Assembly: GCF_000281045.1 (NCBI RefSeq)
Contig: NW_008246189.1
Coordinates: forward strand, 55,130-115,581
Direction: 5' to 3'
Origin: Saprolegnia diclina VS20
Lineage: Eukaryota
DNA length: 60,452 nt
Shown here: piece by piece, positions 1-11,718 of the stretch
How positions within the stretch are numbered: position 1 is the first letter of the stretch
Layout: each line of letters begins with the position of its first letter
The notes under the pieces: model-generated
Databases searched by the model: none
Told to the model about the DNA's origin: nothing
Seen by the model: only the letters and a program-made list of their open reading frames with translations
Translations under genes and position numbers: made by a program

Positions 1-1236
1 GCGCAACAAGCGCTCGCTGCTCAAGTCGCGTCGCGTGACATCAACGCGTCCGCGTTCATCACAACATCCCGCGCCTCGTTTCTCGGACTCTACATTGGGT
101 ACAATGTCATGTGGATGGACGACAGCAATTCCAACGAAAACGTCATGTACACGGGCTACATGCGCGCACCGTCGTCGGCGTGGTGGCTGCTTTGCAAGCT
201 CCTCTTGCGCTTGAGCCTCGCGGGTTGCGTCGGCGTCTGGATGTGGCATGCGTACTTTCGGCACTTGCCGCGCCTCGTGGCCAGCTTGGAAGCGTACGGC
301 CTTTGCGACGCACCAATCAGCGCGACGCTCGAGGTGGTCGTTGGCGACCCCACGGCGTATGTCCTCTTGCACCCGATGGTTTCGATCGCGTTTGTATTGG
401 ACTTTTGGCTCTCGGTCGACTTTGTCGCGCGCGCCATGAACCGCATGGTCCAAGCCACCGATGCGTCATCGTTCGTCGTCGCCTGCGTGTACCTCTCGCG
501 CACCGTCTGGTTTGGCTATGGCACACTTCTTGCGATGAGCACTGTGCTGCGGTACTGCAGAATCTACCGACCTCGCTTTGTCGCCGTCGACCCCACGACG
601 ATTGCGATCCTATTGACGCTGGCCGCGGGGCCGATCACGCGGCTTCAGAGCCAGACGCCAGCGCTGGCTCGAGTTTGCAATAACCTCTTTACCTGCCTTG
701 CGCCGTCGCCCGATGAAATCGACGTGGGCGTCGCCGCGCTCGTGTATACGCTCATCATTGGCGTCCTTCCGTTGCTCCTTGGGTTTGTGTTGTCCGCGTG
801 TGCGCGGGCCCGGGCCGTCGCACGCCAGTCGCTGCGTCGTCGCAGTCTCTCGTCGCTCAAAGAGGGTCCCCATGTTGCTATGATCCACGCATCGTTTGCC
901 AACAACGACTGGAAGAATCACATCATGACGACCTTAAGCATTCACCCGTGGACGGCGACGTTCACGTGCGTTGGCGGCAGTGTCTACGATCTCTTTGATA
1001 AACAGCCAAAGTATTCGCGCAACATGGCGCTGAGTCTCCGCGGAGCCGACTGCTTTGTGCTCTACTCAACGTCGAACACAACACGCACCACTGTACGTCT
1101 GAGCCTTCTCTCGGCCATGGAAGCGCAAGACCCTCTGCGAGTCTTGCCTGGACCACGACGCTCGGCCGTCGGCAAGGTCAATCCTACCACCGAAGTGGTC
1201 CGACAAGGCAGTGACCACAGTCCTTGGATCATGTAA
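1..1236 (+). CDS. Uncharacterised multi-pass membrane protein, family copy 1 (5'-truncated by the window edge)
   Basis: Frame is open from base 1 (AQQALAAQVASRDINAS...). Shares family motifs VVGDPT, YLSRTVWFGYG, VDPT, GGSVYDLF, SLRGADCFV and the C-terminal SPWIM* with five paralogs in the window. Confidence 0.85.
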   Translation, partial: AQQALAAQVASRDINASAFITTSRASFLGLYIGYNVMWMDDSNSNENVMYTGYMRAPSSAWWLLCKLLLRLSLAGCVGVWMWHAYFRHLPRLVASLEAYGLCDAPISATLEVVVGDPTAYVLLHPMVSIAFVLDFWLSVDFVARAMNRMVQATDASSFVVACVYLSRTVWFGYGTLLAMSTVLRYCRIYRPRFVAVDPTTIAILLTLAAGPITRLQSQTPALARVCNNLFTCLAPSPDEIDVGVAALVYTLIIGVLPLLLGFVLSACARARAVARQSLRRRSLSSLKEGPHVAMIHASFANNDWKNHIMTTLSIHPWTATFTCVGGSVYDLFDKQPKYSRNMALSLRGADCFVLYSTSNTTRTTVRLSLLSAMEAQDPLRVLPGPRRSAVGKVNPTTEVVRQGSDHSPWIM

Positions 1237-1263
1237 AACGGCTATCGATAAGAAGTTATGATA

Positions 1264-1406
1264 GTCAGCATGGCAGTATCTTCTTGTCAGGCGGTGTATT
1301 ACCGGGGTTACCACTATGGGTTTATTTTTCTACGTGGTCTATCGTCAAGCTACTTGATCGACCAGCAGCGTTCGCGGTCATGAGCCAGCGTCAGCATGGC
1401 AGTATC
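1264..1406. repeat. 17-bp direct repeat GTCAGCATGGCAGTATC (1264-1280 and 1390-1406)
   Basis: Exact duplicate read directly in the spacer between membrane-family copies 1 and 2. Confidence 0.8.
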
Positions 1407-1537
1407 GACGGATGTAGAATGATGTTATCGGCCTTATTGAAATCAGAAAAGTCGATGATGGCGAAAGCGCCGAAAAATGACGTGGCGCGCTCTGAAGCAT
1501 TCTTTCTAATAAGAAACTGGTTGTGTTCTAAAAATAG

Positions 1538-3181
1538 ATGCGCTGGCTGGCCCCGAGGCGGCACTGGGTAGCGCAAACGGCGGTCGTGCCGTGGGATGGA
1601 CCGTCGTCTCCGTATACAGTCCGATGGAACAAGGGCTCTGTCGTCTTGGCCTTGCTCATGGTTCTCAATGTTGCCATCATGTAAGCCTGGCGCGAGCGAC
1701 TTGTGTGTTCACCACGTTCGTGTAGGCCTCTCAAAGCGTACATTTCCGAGCCCTTTCCATGGCACCACGTGCCCATGCAAGGAATACCGGATCAATGCGA
1801 CCGCAACTTTACAGCCTGCGCGCCGACGTTGCTTTTGGCGCTGCAAAACCAAAGCCAGCAACTCGGTCCTGGCCAAGTGTACCTCGCCACAGACCGGTTC
1901 GACCTCGTGCGCGTGAGCTTCGCAGCGTTGCCCGATCCAAGCGACGCCGACACATTCTATCTCACGTTACCCTACGCGTCGTTCTACTCGATCCAGCAGC
2001 GGAAGCTTTTCAGCGCCATCGCTCGGCGCGAAATGAACGCATCGGCGTTTGCCACCACCGAGCTCTCGCTCTTTCTGGGCATTGCGATCTCGTACAATGC
2101 CATTTGGATTGCGCCGAATACCCAAAATGCGTCCAGCGATCTATTTATTTGTGCTGCACGCGTGGCTTTTCCCACGTGGTGGCTCTGGCTCAAATTCGCG
2201 TATCGGCTCGTTTTTGGCGTCTATCTGCTCATGTGCATGTGGCGGCTCTACTTTGCGCAGTACGCCACGCTGGTCGCAAATTTAGAGCGCTACGGTATCG
2301 AAGCGGCAGCTGTTGGGTCGACGCTCACGCTGGTCGTGGGCGACCCCACGAGCCTCATTTTGGTGCACCCACGAGTCATCCTCGGCTTTGTTCTGGACTT
2401 TTGGATGAGCGCCGATTTTGACGGACGCGCCTATCTTCGCGTCGGCCAAGTCGTCGACCCGCTCCAGTTCTTCGTGGCGTGCTTGTACCTCTCGCGCACG
2501 CTCTGGTTCGCGTACGGCGCGGTGGTCGCCACTTCGAACCTCATGAAGCGCTGTGGTTTGGCCAAATATTTCCACGGCGTCGACCCGACGTACACGGCGA
2601 TTGGCGTCGCGGTCGTTGCCGGACCGTTTACGTTTGTGCAAATGCAAATTCCAGCCCTCTGCAAGCTCTACAACACGCTCTTTGTTGCTCTCGCGCGCCG
2701 CGACGACACGATCGACATTAGCCTCGCGGCGCTTGTCTACACTACGCTGATTGGAGGCCTCCCCCTTGTGTTTGGGCTTTGGCCGCGGTAATACAAACCG
2801 CCAAACAACGTGGCGGCAGTCAGTCACAACGACTTCAAATCCCGCTGGGCGCTCTACTTTAGTCTCATGTTTTGGCGCACGCGACGACCGATCCAGTTTG
2901 CGGGCGGCAGTATCTATACCCTGTTCGCCAAAGACGAGACGTGGAAGGCAATTCTTGGCGTGAGCCAGCGCAGCACCGACTGCTACGTGCTCTACGATGT
3001 GCCTGGGAACAGCTCACACCAACAAGGCGTTCGACTCAGCCTCACGGCCCGCGTCGAGAAGCGACGACAGCTTGTGCTGCGCGACGCGAGCACCGGTACT
3101 TCGGTGGGACACATCGCATTTGAAAAAGACGACTCAATTTCGCTGGTGCAAGGCTCGCATGGTGTCGCCTGGATCATGTAA
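1538..3181 (+). CDS. Membrane family copy 2; in-frame TAA at 2789-2791 (nonsense allele, pseudogene or cryptic 36-nt intron)
   Basis: ATG 1538 (MRWLAPRRHWVAQTAVVPW...), intron 1681-1725 (GTAAGC...TGTAG), then PLKAYISEPFPW. ORFs 1703-2791 and 2810-3181 are in the same frame and together align to full-length copy 3. Confidence 0.8.
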
Positions 3182-3501
3182 TACATCAAGTTGCGTCAAA
3201 AGTAGAATGGCCAGTCGCATTCCGGACCTTGGGTCTTTCACTATCGTAAGGTTGGTCAGGAAGCTAAGGTACTGGTATCGGTGGGGGGAGGCAAGGGTCA
3301 ATAAACCCCTGGGTGAGGCGAGCTGCATGGTAGAGTTGAGTTCAAGAATACGAGCTCTTCCACGATCCACCTATTTGTAAAAGACCACTAGGCAGCTGAA
3401 GTGCCTCGAACCCACTGTTCTTGCGGTTCTGCTCACATCGTTATCGACGGTCCGATGGTCGTTTTTGCTTTTCGTACAAAGTGTATTTTTGGAGTGCAAT
3501 A

Positions 3502-5123
3502 ATGGCGCCAACGTGGCTCGGCTCGGCGGCTGTTGTGCCATGGGAGGCGCCGCCAGCGTACGTCATTCGCTTCAACAAGCGGTCCGTGCTCGTGAGTCTT
3601 CTCATGGTGCTCAACGTCGCCATCATGTACTCCTGTCGTCTGTCAGCGTCAGAGGTTCACCTTGATGTAGGCCACTGAAAGCCTACATTTCCGAGCCGCT
3701 GCCGTGGACGCATGTGCCCATGCAAGGCATCCCCGACACTTGCTACGTCAACTTCACCGCGTGCTCGCCCATTTTGCTCGGGGTGCTGCGCAATCGCAGC
3801 GCGCACCTGCCGCATGGCCCCGCGTACATCTCGAACGATCGGTTCGACCTCGTGCGCGTCGCCCTTCCGCCGATGCCGCCACCAACCGAGGCCAACTCGA
3901 CGTTTTACCTCGACTTTCCCTACGCAATTTTCTACTCGGTCGAACAACGCACGCTGCTGCAGGCAGTGGCTCGACGCGACATCAACATCTCGGAGTACGC
4001 GACAACCGAGCTCGCTCTTTTCTTGGGCGTTGCGATCGCATACAATGCGATTTGGCTGACGTCGACGGACAATGGCACTCACTACATGACGGTGTGTGCG
4101 ACGCGCGCGTCGCTTGCGTCCTGGTGGCAGTGGTTCAAGTTGCTGTATCGCCTGGCCTTTGTTGTTTACTTGCTGACGTGCATGTGGCGGCTCTACTTTA
4201 AGCACTACCTCACGCTCGTCGCGAATTTACGGCGCTACGGACTGTCCCTGGCGCCTACTGGGAGCACGTTGATTATCGTGCTCGGGGATCCGACCAGTCT
4301 TATCCTCGTGCACCCGCTTGTGATTGCTGGCTTTATCGTTGATTTTTGGATGAGCGCCGACTTTGTGGCCAGAGCATACCTCCGCGTCGGGCAACTCGTG
4401 GCTCTCTTTCCGTTCTTTACTGCGTGTTTGTATCTCTCACGGACACTTTGGTTTGCATATGGGTCCCTCACGCTAACGTCGTCGCTTCTCAAGCGCTGTC
4501 GATTGGCCAAGTACTTTTATGGCGTCGATCCCACGTATACGGCGATCGGTGTGATGCTCGCGGCCGGCCCGCTCACCAATTTTCAAACGCGGCTGCCAGC
4601 ACTGTGCGCTTTGTACAATATTCTGTTTGTTGCTCTTGTCCACCAAGAGGATGCGATCGACACGGGCCTCGCAGCGCTGCTGTACACGTCGCTCATTGGC
4701 GTCTTGCCGCTGGGCTTTGGCTTCTGGCCGCGCAAGCGCCGCATGCCTCTAAATGCGGCGGGCGTCGGCCACAACGACGCCAAGTCGCGCTGGGCACTCT
4801 ACTTTAGTCTCTGCTCACTGCGTACGTCGTCGATGCAGCTCGAGGGCGGCAGCCTTTACACGCTCTTTGCGACCAACCCGGAGGCGAAAGCAACGCTGGG
4901 CGTTAGTCAGCGCGGCTCGGACTGCTACGTTCTCTTTGGTACTACGTCGGATCAAGGCGCCAAACACGGCGTGCGCTTGAGCTTGCTCTCGCGCATCGAC
5001 GCTCGGCACGCAGCTCAGCTTTCGTCTCGCAAGGCGCTCGGCACGGCCGTCGGGCACTTGGAGATCGAGTCCGACGTCACGGTGCTGACCCTTGGTGCGA
5101 ACGGTTGTCAATGGATCCGTTGA
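3502..5123 (+). CDS. Membrane family copy 3
   Basis: ATG 3502 (MAPTWLGSAAVVPW), intron 3627-3670, PLKAYISEPLPW, all family motifs; ends QWIR*. Confidence 0.88.
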
Positions 5124-5484
5124 GGGCGGCGATGGATCCGTTAATCAGCGTCAAATTGGCGAGATGGCAATAAAACTGGGATTCCAAAAGCGTCGCCGTC
5201 AAGTCAAATTTGTTGCGCAAAAATAATGTTTTTCGTGTTTACCCTTTTGGAGTGGTCAGAATGACCACTCACGGGCGGCAAGGTGGCATGCGTCCTACGA
5301 GCCGTCTTTGCATAACTCTAAAGAAAAGTACATTCAAGGCTCGGTCGCTTTACAGATTGGCGTAGACGCAAGCATCGTGTGTATGCGCAGAGTCCAAATA
5401 AAATATCATGCATATACTGTATATACCCTACCCCTATTTCCGGCTAAAATTACGCGGCCTCCATACTTTTCGCATCAAGTAGAC

Positions 5485-7116
5485 ATGCGTGCGTGGGGGA
5501 GCTCTGTCGTGCCATGGATGGCCCCGCTGCGCAACGTGGTCACGCTCAACAAACGGTCGATCGCGTGGAGCCTCGTCATGCTCTGCAACATCTTTCTCAT
5601 GTACTAGCGACTCGCCATATCGGCTCATTTTGTGCATTCTAGGCCGCTCAAGGCGTACATCTCCGAGCCTTTCCCATGGACCTCGGTGCATGTCGATGCG
5701 ATCCCAAGCGACTGCGCGCACAACTTTACCAACTGCGGGCCACAGCTCCTCGAATTCTTTCGGAACCAAAGCCAGTTCCTCTCCGAGGACGCGCCGCACA
5801 TTGCGACCAAAGTATACGACCTCGTTCGGGTCTCGTTTCCGCTGCCGACGAACGCGTCCTCGCCCGACGCGTACGTGACATCCATGCCATACGCTCTCTT
5901 CTACTGCGCGTCCCAACGCGACCTCGCGCACCGCTTTGCGACTAATCAAATCCACGCGACGGACTTTGCGAGCGCCCAAATCGCCGCATTTCTCACGAGT
6001 CCGATCGCGTTTTCTGTCATTTGGGCCTCAAACGACACGACGACACCGGGTGGCGGCATCATGCACATGGGGTACGTCCGCGCCGCGACGTCGACGTGGT
6101 GGACTTCGATCAAATTTGTGTTTCGACTGCTCCTGTCGATGTACCTTGTGTGGTGTACGTGGGCCCAGTATTTTGTGCACGTAAAGACTCTCTATTCTCA
6201 GCTGACGACGATCGGTCTCGCGACCGCGCCCGGACGCTCCTTGGAGCTCATTGTCGGCGACCCCACGAGCGTCGTGCTGTTAAACCCGGTCGTGGCACTC
6301 TTCTTCATTGTCGATTTTTGGATCAGCGCCGATTTTGTCTCGTTAGCGTTTACGCGCGTGGCGGTCGTGACGTCGCCGACGACGTACTTTATCGCGTCTC
6401 TGTACCTCTCGCGGACCCTCTGGTTTGCCTACGGGTCGCTCAGTGTCATGTCCGGTTGCCTCAAGCGACTCGGGAAGGCCCACCTCTTTCACGCTGTAGA
6501 TCCAAGCTGGACCGCCGTCGCGGTCATGTGCGTTGCGGGCCCGTTCACGACGCTCCAGACGCGGCTTCCGTTTCTGATCGATCTCTACAACTGGATATTT
6601 TACGTCCTAGCTTCGTCGTCGACCTCCATCGAGACGAGCGCCGCTGCGATCGTCTACACGGCGCTCGTTGGCGGCTTGCCAATTCTCTTTGGGCTCTTTC
6701 CGCGACATAAACCGCGCCTCCTCGTGGGTCCCCGCGTCAGCGCCACGTCGCCAGCGTCGTACCTCGAGAACGACGTCAAGGCGCGCTGGGCGCTCAGTTT
6801 TACGTTCATGTCGAGGGCAAAAAAAGCGAATGGCGTCAACATGCTAGGTGGCAGCGTCTACCAACTCTTCCAAGCGCACCCGGCGCTGCGACGGGAGCTG
6901 TGCATGAGCCAGCGCGGTGGCGACTGCTACATAGTGTACGATGATATAGCGTCGACGGTCAGTGTTCGCGTCTCGCCACTCGAGTGTTTGGACCATCACC
7001 GGCCGCCGCTCACGGTGGCTGCTGCGGTGCCCGGGCACATCTTGGGCCGCGTCGACATGCGCAAAGACGCACCAATGCTCATCCTCGGCGACAATAATTC
7101 CAAGTGGATCATGTAA
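5485..7116 (+). CDS. Membrane family copy 4
   Basis: ATG 5485 (MRAWGSSVVPW), intron 5601-5642, PLKAYISEPFPW, family motifs; ends SKWIM*. Confidence 0.88.
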
Positions 7117-7503
7117 TAATGGTCGAACTCGACTCGAATATTGGGCTTGCTATCATGCTTCGCTTAGCAGCGTCACATTGGGTTCACAGGAGGCAGTCGT
7201 CTGGTGCCGAAAAGCCCAACCCGAACCCCATCAAGTTAGCACCCAAATGCTTTGCACAAAGTCCTCGTCTCAAGTTGGCCAGACTCTTTTCGATATCGGT
7301 ATCGGTGAGCTTTGAAAGCGTGGCATTGCATCGCAGCATTCTGCGGCGTGGGCAAACAGGGCTTTTGCGCCGTCGCGTCCAAGCAGATGCAAGCAACATC
7401 GAACTACGTGATTTCAATCGGAGACGATCGAGACAGCGTTCGCATGCTCGGTCGTGTTCACTGCCGAGGTATACCTAAGGCTGAAATGCATTCGATGGCG
7501 CGT

Positions 7504-9228
7504 CTAGTCGGACGCTTGGCGCTCGTAGATGAGCAAGTACGACTCGGAGATGCCAATGAGCTGCGGCATGGTCTCTTGCACGTGGAGGTCCTGGAGCTCG
7601 TACCACTGGTCCGTCGCGCGGTTCTGCACATGCACGCGGTACGAGCCGTCGGCGAGCGGATCCATGTTGACGGCGGTCGTCGCTTGACCAATCGTGGGCG
7701 GGCTGTCGTGGCACACGTTCGCAACCAGGTTGTACTTGGTCGACGGCAGCTTGGAGAGGACGCTCGTGACCAAGTGCTGGCGCTCGAGGATGCCGGCGCT
7801 CGAGCCGCCGAGCGACGTAAGGAGCGCTTTGAGCTCGCCAATGGACATGGCCGCGATCGCGTCGCTGGACATGCCGAGCTCGACGTGGTCGCTCATCTCA
7901 AGGTTCTTGACGGGGAAATTCACGATCGTCGGGTTTTTCTCCGTGAAAAAGTTGTTTTTTGTAAACCGGTGGATGTGGAAGATGAGGTACTTGGGCAGCG
8001 TCTCGAGCGTATACTGCTTTTGCTGCCGGACCGCGCCTTGAAACACGTGCTAACGCCATACTCAAGAGTCCGAGAGCGTCGGCAGATCGCGTACCGTGAT
8101 CTTTTCGCCGTTGAATTTTTCGAGCACCGTAAAGAGCGGAACCTGCGGAATGACATTGCCGCCCTGCGAGTCCTTGAAGAGCGGCGTCGGCGGCAAATCC
8201 AGCGAGAGAAACCTACAAATCCCATTCGAGTCCAGCGCCAATTTGCGGGAAAATCTGTACAGGAACGGCGTCGTGGCGTTGGTGACGCCGGCCGCTGCGC
8301 CGTCCGAGAGCGTCTTGACTTGCACCGTGCCCTGAAAGACGTCGTGGATGATGCTACTGCCTTGCTTTTTCGTGCCGCCGACGCCCTACACCGGATATTT
8401 ACGCTAAATTGGGTTTTGTCATTTGAGAAATACGCGATGGAGCTCGTTGAGGAACCACGAGAGGAACTCGAGTGCGTCCTTTTGCTCGCCAATGTGGAAG
8501 CGCTTCTTGCTCGCGACCGAGATTTCTTGGACAATCTCATGCGGACTGATCTGGCCGACAGCATGAATACCGTCGATTTCCAGGACAAGAGGCGAATTTA
8601 CCGTATTTTTGATGTTGTGGGGGCTCCACATCTTGCGCATCATCTCGCCAAAGCGCAGAGCGAGGGTCGACTTGGTCTTGGCGACGGCCGCCATGTAGTT
8701 GGCTGGCTCGAGAAAGTAGTCGCGGAGCGGCGGGACGTGCGCGAGCGCATGCAGCACGACCGAGACGTAGTCGGTCTTCTTGAGGTTGTTGAGGCCGACA
8801 AAGCCCGGGAGGTACGAGACGCCAAAGCTGTCTTGGGCGAGCTTCCGGTTCCCGTCCATCTGCGCAATCTGCTCCTTCGTGAACGTCGGGCGCAGCGCGT
8901 GCTGTATGGGCAGGAGCGAGAGGTCGTTGACTTCGTAGTTGTCGGGCAGGCAGTAGATCTTGTCGGTTGACAAGTTGATGAAGACGTGGTGGAAGCTCTG
9001 GAGCGCGTGCATGTACGCGTGTGTCTTGGGGCCGCGGCCCTGGAAGTACTTGCCGCAGACCAAGCACGCGTACGCGTTCTGCGCCGAGAGCGAGACCGAG
9101 CAAACCTTCTCAAAGTCAAAGTCCAGCAGCTGCGGCTTGACCGTGTCCAGGTACGGGCAGCGCTTCCGCTTGTTCATGCTCGTCGCCGGCGTCTCGTCGT
9201 CGGGCTCGGGCTCCTTGCGCTTGCTCAT
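7504..9228 (-). CDS. USP39: U4/U6.U5 tri-snRNP-associated protein 2 (USP39/Sad1), ZnF-UBP plus inactive USP domain
   Basis: Motifs CPYLDTV..LLDFDFEKVCSVSLS..NAYACLVCGKYFQGRG, YLPGFVGLNNLKKTDY, KNNFFTEKNPTIVNFP and WYELQDLHV. Introns at 8551-8601, 8386-8433 and 8050-8094. Confidence 0.95.
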
Positions 9229-9451
9229 GCTGCAGCTGTGGTCGCGGCAAATTATGGTCGCCCGAATCGGTCTTTTAGGTCAAATGCGTTTTAATGGAAA
9301 AACGCAGCGCACAGGCGACGGATTCGAAAAGGCACGCGCGACGCATCGCCTCGGGCCGCGCATACCGGTGCTACCGTCGACCAAGGATACATGAAGTGTT
9401 GCGCTTGCATGCGTAGCGACGACCCTTCTGCGCTTTCGTTGGATGCATCAC

Positions 9452-9478
9452 TGTTTAACGTGTTTAACGTGTTTAAAC
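9452..9478. repeat. Tandem TGTTTAAC(G)-like x3 in the divergent USP39 / CENP-B-like intergenic region
   Basis: Sequence reads tgtttaacg-tgtttaacg-tgtttaaac. Confidence 0.6.
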
Positions 9479-9881
9479 GCGCCCATGCAAGGTAGGTCCA
9501 AGCGGGGCCTCTATAACTTCATGCGATAGAAAGTGCTTTTTAACACTTCCTCGGAGTGCGTTTGGCTTTGGGTCATTCAGCCGTGTACGAAAGCATAGGT
9601 TCTAGTAGAGCCAACCCACCAAGCGCTAGAAGTACGGCACAGCACCGAGAGCGCTGCTATGCTCTGTATCGGTGCCATCAGCTCGACGCGCAAAAGCTTA
9701 AAAAGCCATTTCAAGCGCTTAATACCTCTCATATTCAATTATATGACTAGCAAAAACACAAGATCTCCTTACAAACACCAAGGTAATTGTATTCCAACTG
9801 TCGAAAACGACAGGAAGGCAGGACGTTTCTAAAGTGAGGGGGAATTCGTCATTTACTTGGTCGAAAACGAACGTTGAAGCC

Positions 9882-11718
9882 ATGGAGATGGTCGTCGACG
9901 ACTCGCTGCTGCTGCTGCCAAGCACGGAGGAGCCGCCGCATGAGGACCTCCTGCACACCCAAGCCCACGACGCGTACGACGTCGAGCCGGAGGAAGCGAG
10001 CACGGCGACCAAGACGCGCAAGCGCGAGCGCTTGACGCTCGGGCAGAAGCGCCAGGTCGTGGACCTCGCGTCGAGCCACCAGTTCACGCACCGCGTACGT
10101 CGCCTTCGCCCATCTCTAGCACGCTGTACATGGGACGTAGGAGCTTGCCGAGAAGTTCCAGGTCGGGCGCACGACGATCACCAACATTTGCAAGAACACG
10201 GAGCTCATTCGCAACGAGACCGACTCAGCCGACCTCCTCAAGAAGCGGCGCAAGACGACCAAGTGCACGTACGACCTCAAGATCCTCGACGAAGCTCTGC
10301 ACAAGTGGCGCATGGAAATCCGCGTGAGCAACCCGGAAATGAAGCTCACGGGCGCGGCGCTGCAGCAAAAGGCCATCGAGTTTGCCCAAGCTATCTTACA
10401 TGACGAGTACGCGCGCCTGCCCGAGAAGATCCAACTCGCCCTCAGCAAGTTTGGCGCTTCGAACGGCTGGCTCGACGGGTACCGCACGCGCTTTGGCAAC
10501 TTTAGCTCACGCTCAACGCACGAGCAGGCAGCGATCAAGCAGGTCGACTACCAAACGCGGCTGCGGGAGCTGCACCGTAGCTTTGACGGCGTCGAGCCAT
10601 GTGACATTTGGACCGGCGGTGAGTTTGCCCTTGTCTTCAAGCCCAGCCACGTCATGGACAAGGGCCGATGCACGGTCTCGCTCTTTGCGAACGCGGCCGG
10701 GGACCTCTTTGACATGCAAGTGATTGGCATCGAGAAAGGGGGGACCCCCGTCGAGATGGACGGCCTCGACCTGCGGGCGCGGTACCGCATTTTGTACGGG
10801 TACTCGAAAACCGGTCTCCAGGTCGCGACGACGTCAATGGCGATGCTCAAAGCGCTCAACCAGCACGCCAAGGCCCTCAAGCGCACGTTCCATGTGGTCC
10901 TTGACAGCGCTGTGCCACACGTCAAAGCCGCCATGATGCTCGATGCGCTCGGCGACCAGCGCACGTTCTTCCTCTACGACCAGCTGCGGATTTACTTTTT
11001 GCCGCCGCATCTGAGTTTGCCCAAGTGCCACCCGCTGCACATGGGCATCATTGCATGCTTCAAGGCCAAATTTCGCTACGAGATGCTCGACACGCTCTAC
11101 ACCAACTACCGGCACGCGACCGCGCTCGATGACGCGACCCGCGTCATCCAGTTCAAGCTCAAGACCGTCTTCCATTGGCTAGCTGTCGCCTTGCACAGTG
11201 TGCCGTCGAGTCTTGTTTTGCAGGCGTGGGTGGCCTCGGGGCTCCTGCCGGCAACGACGGTCGCCAAGTTGCCGAAACAACCGCCGCCATCGAGTGACGA
11301 GCCGTACGTAACCCAGCTCGACGCGCTCTTGCGCGAGATCTCGCTCACGATGCCGGCGTTTCTGCAGTGGGTCCTTGGCACGGCCACCATGTCGGGCGCC
11401 GACCTCCTCAAGCTCGAGGCCAAGGAGAGCGTCAACGACCCGGGCGTTGACGAGACGCAGATCATCCGCAGCGTTCTCCTCAAACACGACTTTTTGACCG
11501 TGCGCCGGGGGACATTGGACGATGCGCTCGATGTGCTCGACGACGAAGACCCGGCCTTTGAGATGGCGTGCCCCGACCGCGCCGCGGTCCTTGAGAGCCT
11601 CAACTTGCTCAAACGCTATTTGCGGCTCGCGCCCCAGGACGTGCCGACGCGCATGCCGGCGATTGCGATGCTCAACGACCTCAAGGCGCACCTCGGCGGC
11701 GACGAGATGACCGTGTAG
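9882..11718 (+). CDS. pogo/Tigger/CENP-B-like protein (psq-type HTH, Tc5-type HTH, degenerate DDE_1 domain); probably a domesticated transposase
   Basis: RKRERLTLGQKRQVV...|ELAEKFQVGRTTITNI (intron 10095-10140); ...LDEALHKW...LTGAALQQKA...FGASNGWLDGYRTR; DDE-region remnants VVLDSAVPH and FLPPH...HPLHMGIIACFKAKFR. Confidence 0.85.

Noticed and set aside
7312..8970. 552-aa plus-strand ORF
   Set aside because: Antisense shadow of USP39. It stays open because of GC-rich codon bias and 3n introns, and has no recognisable motifs.
9882..11718. Active DNA transposon
   Set aside because: Two catalytic Asp residues are substituted and I saw no terminal inverted repeats; treated as a host gene.
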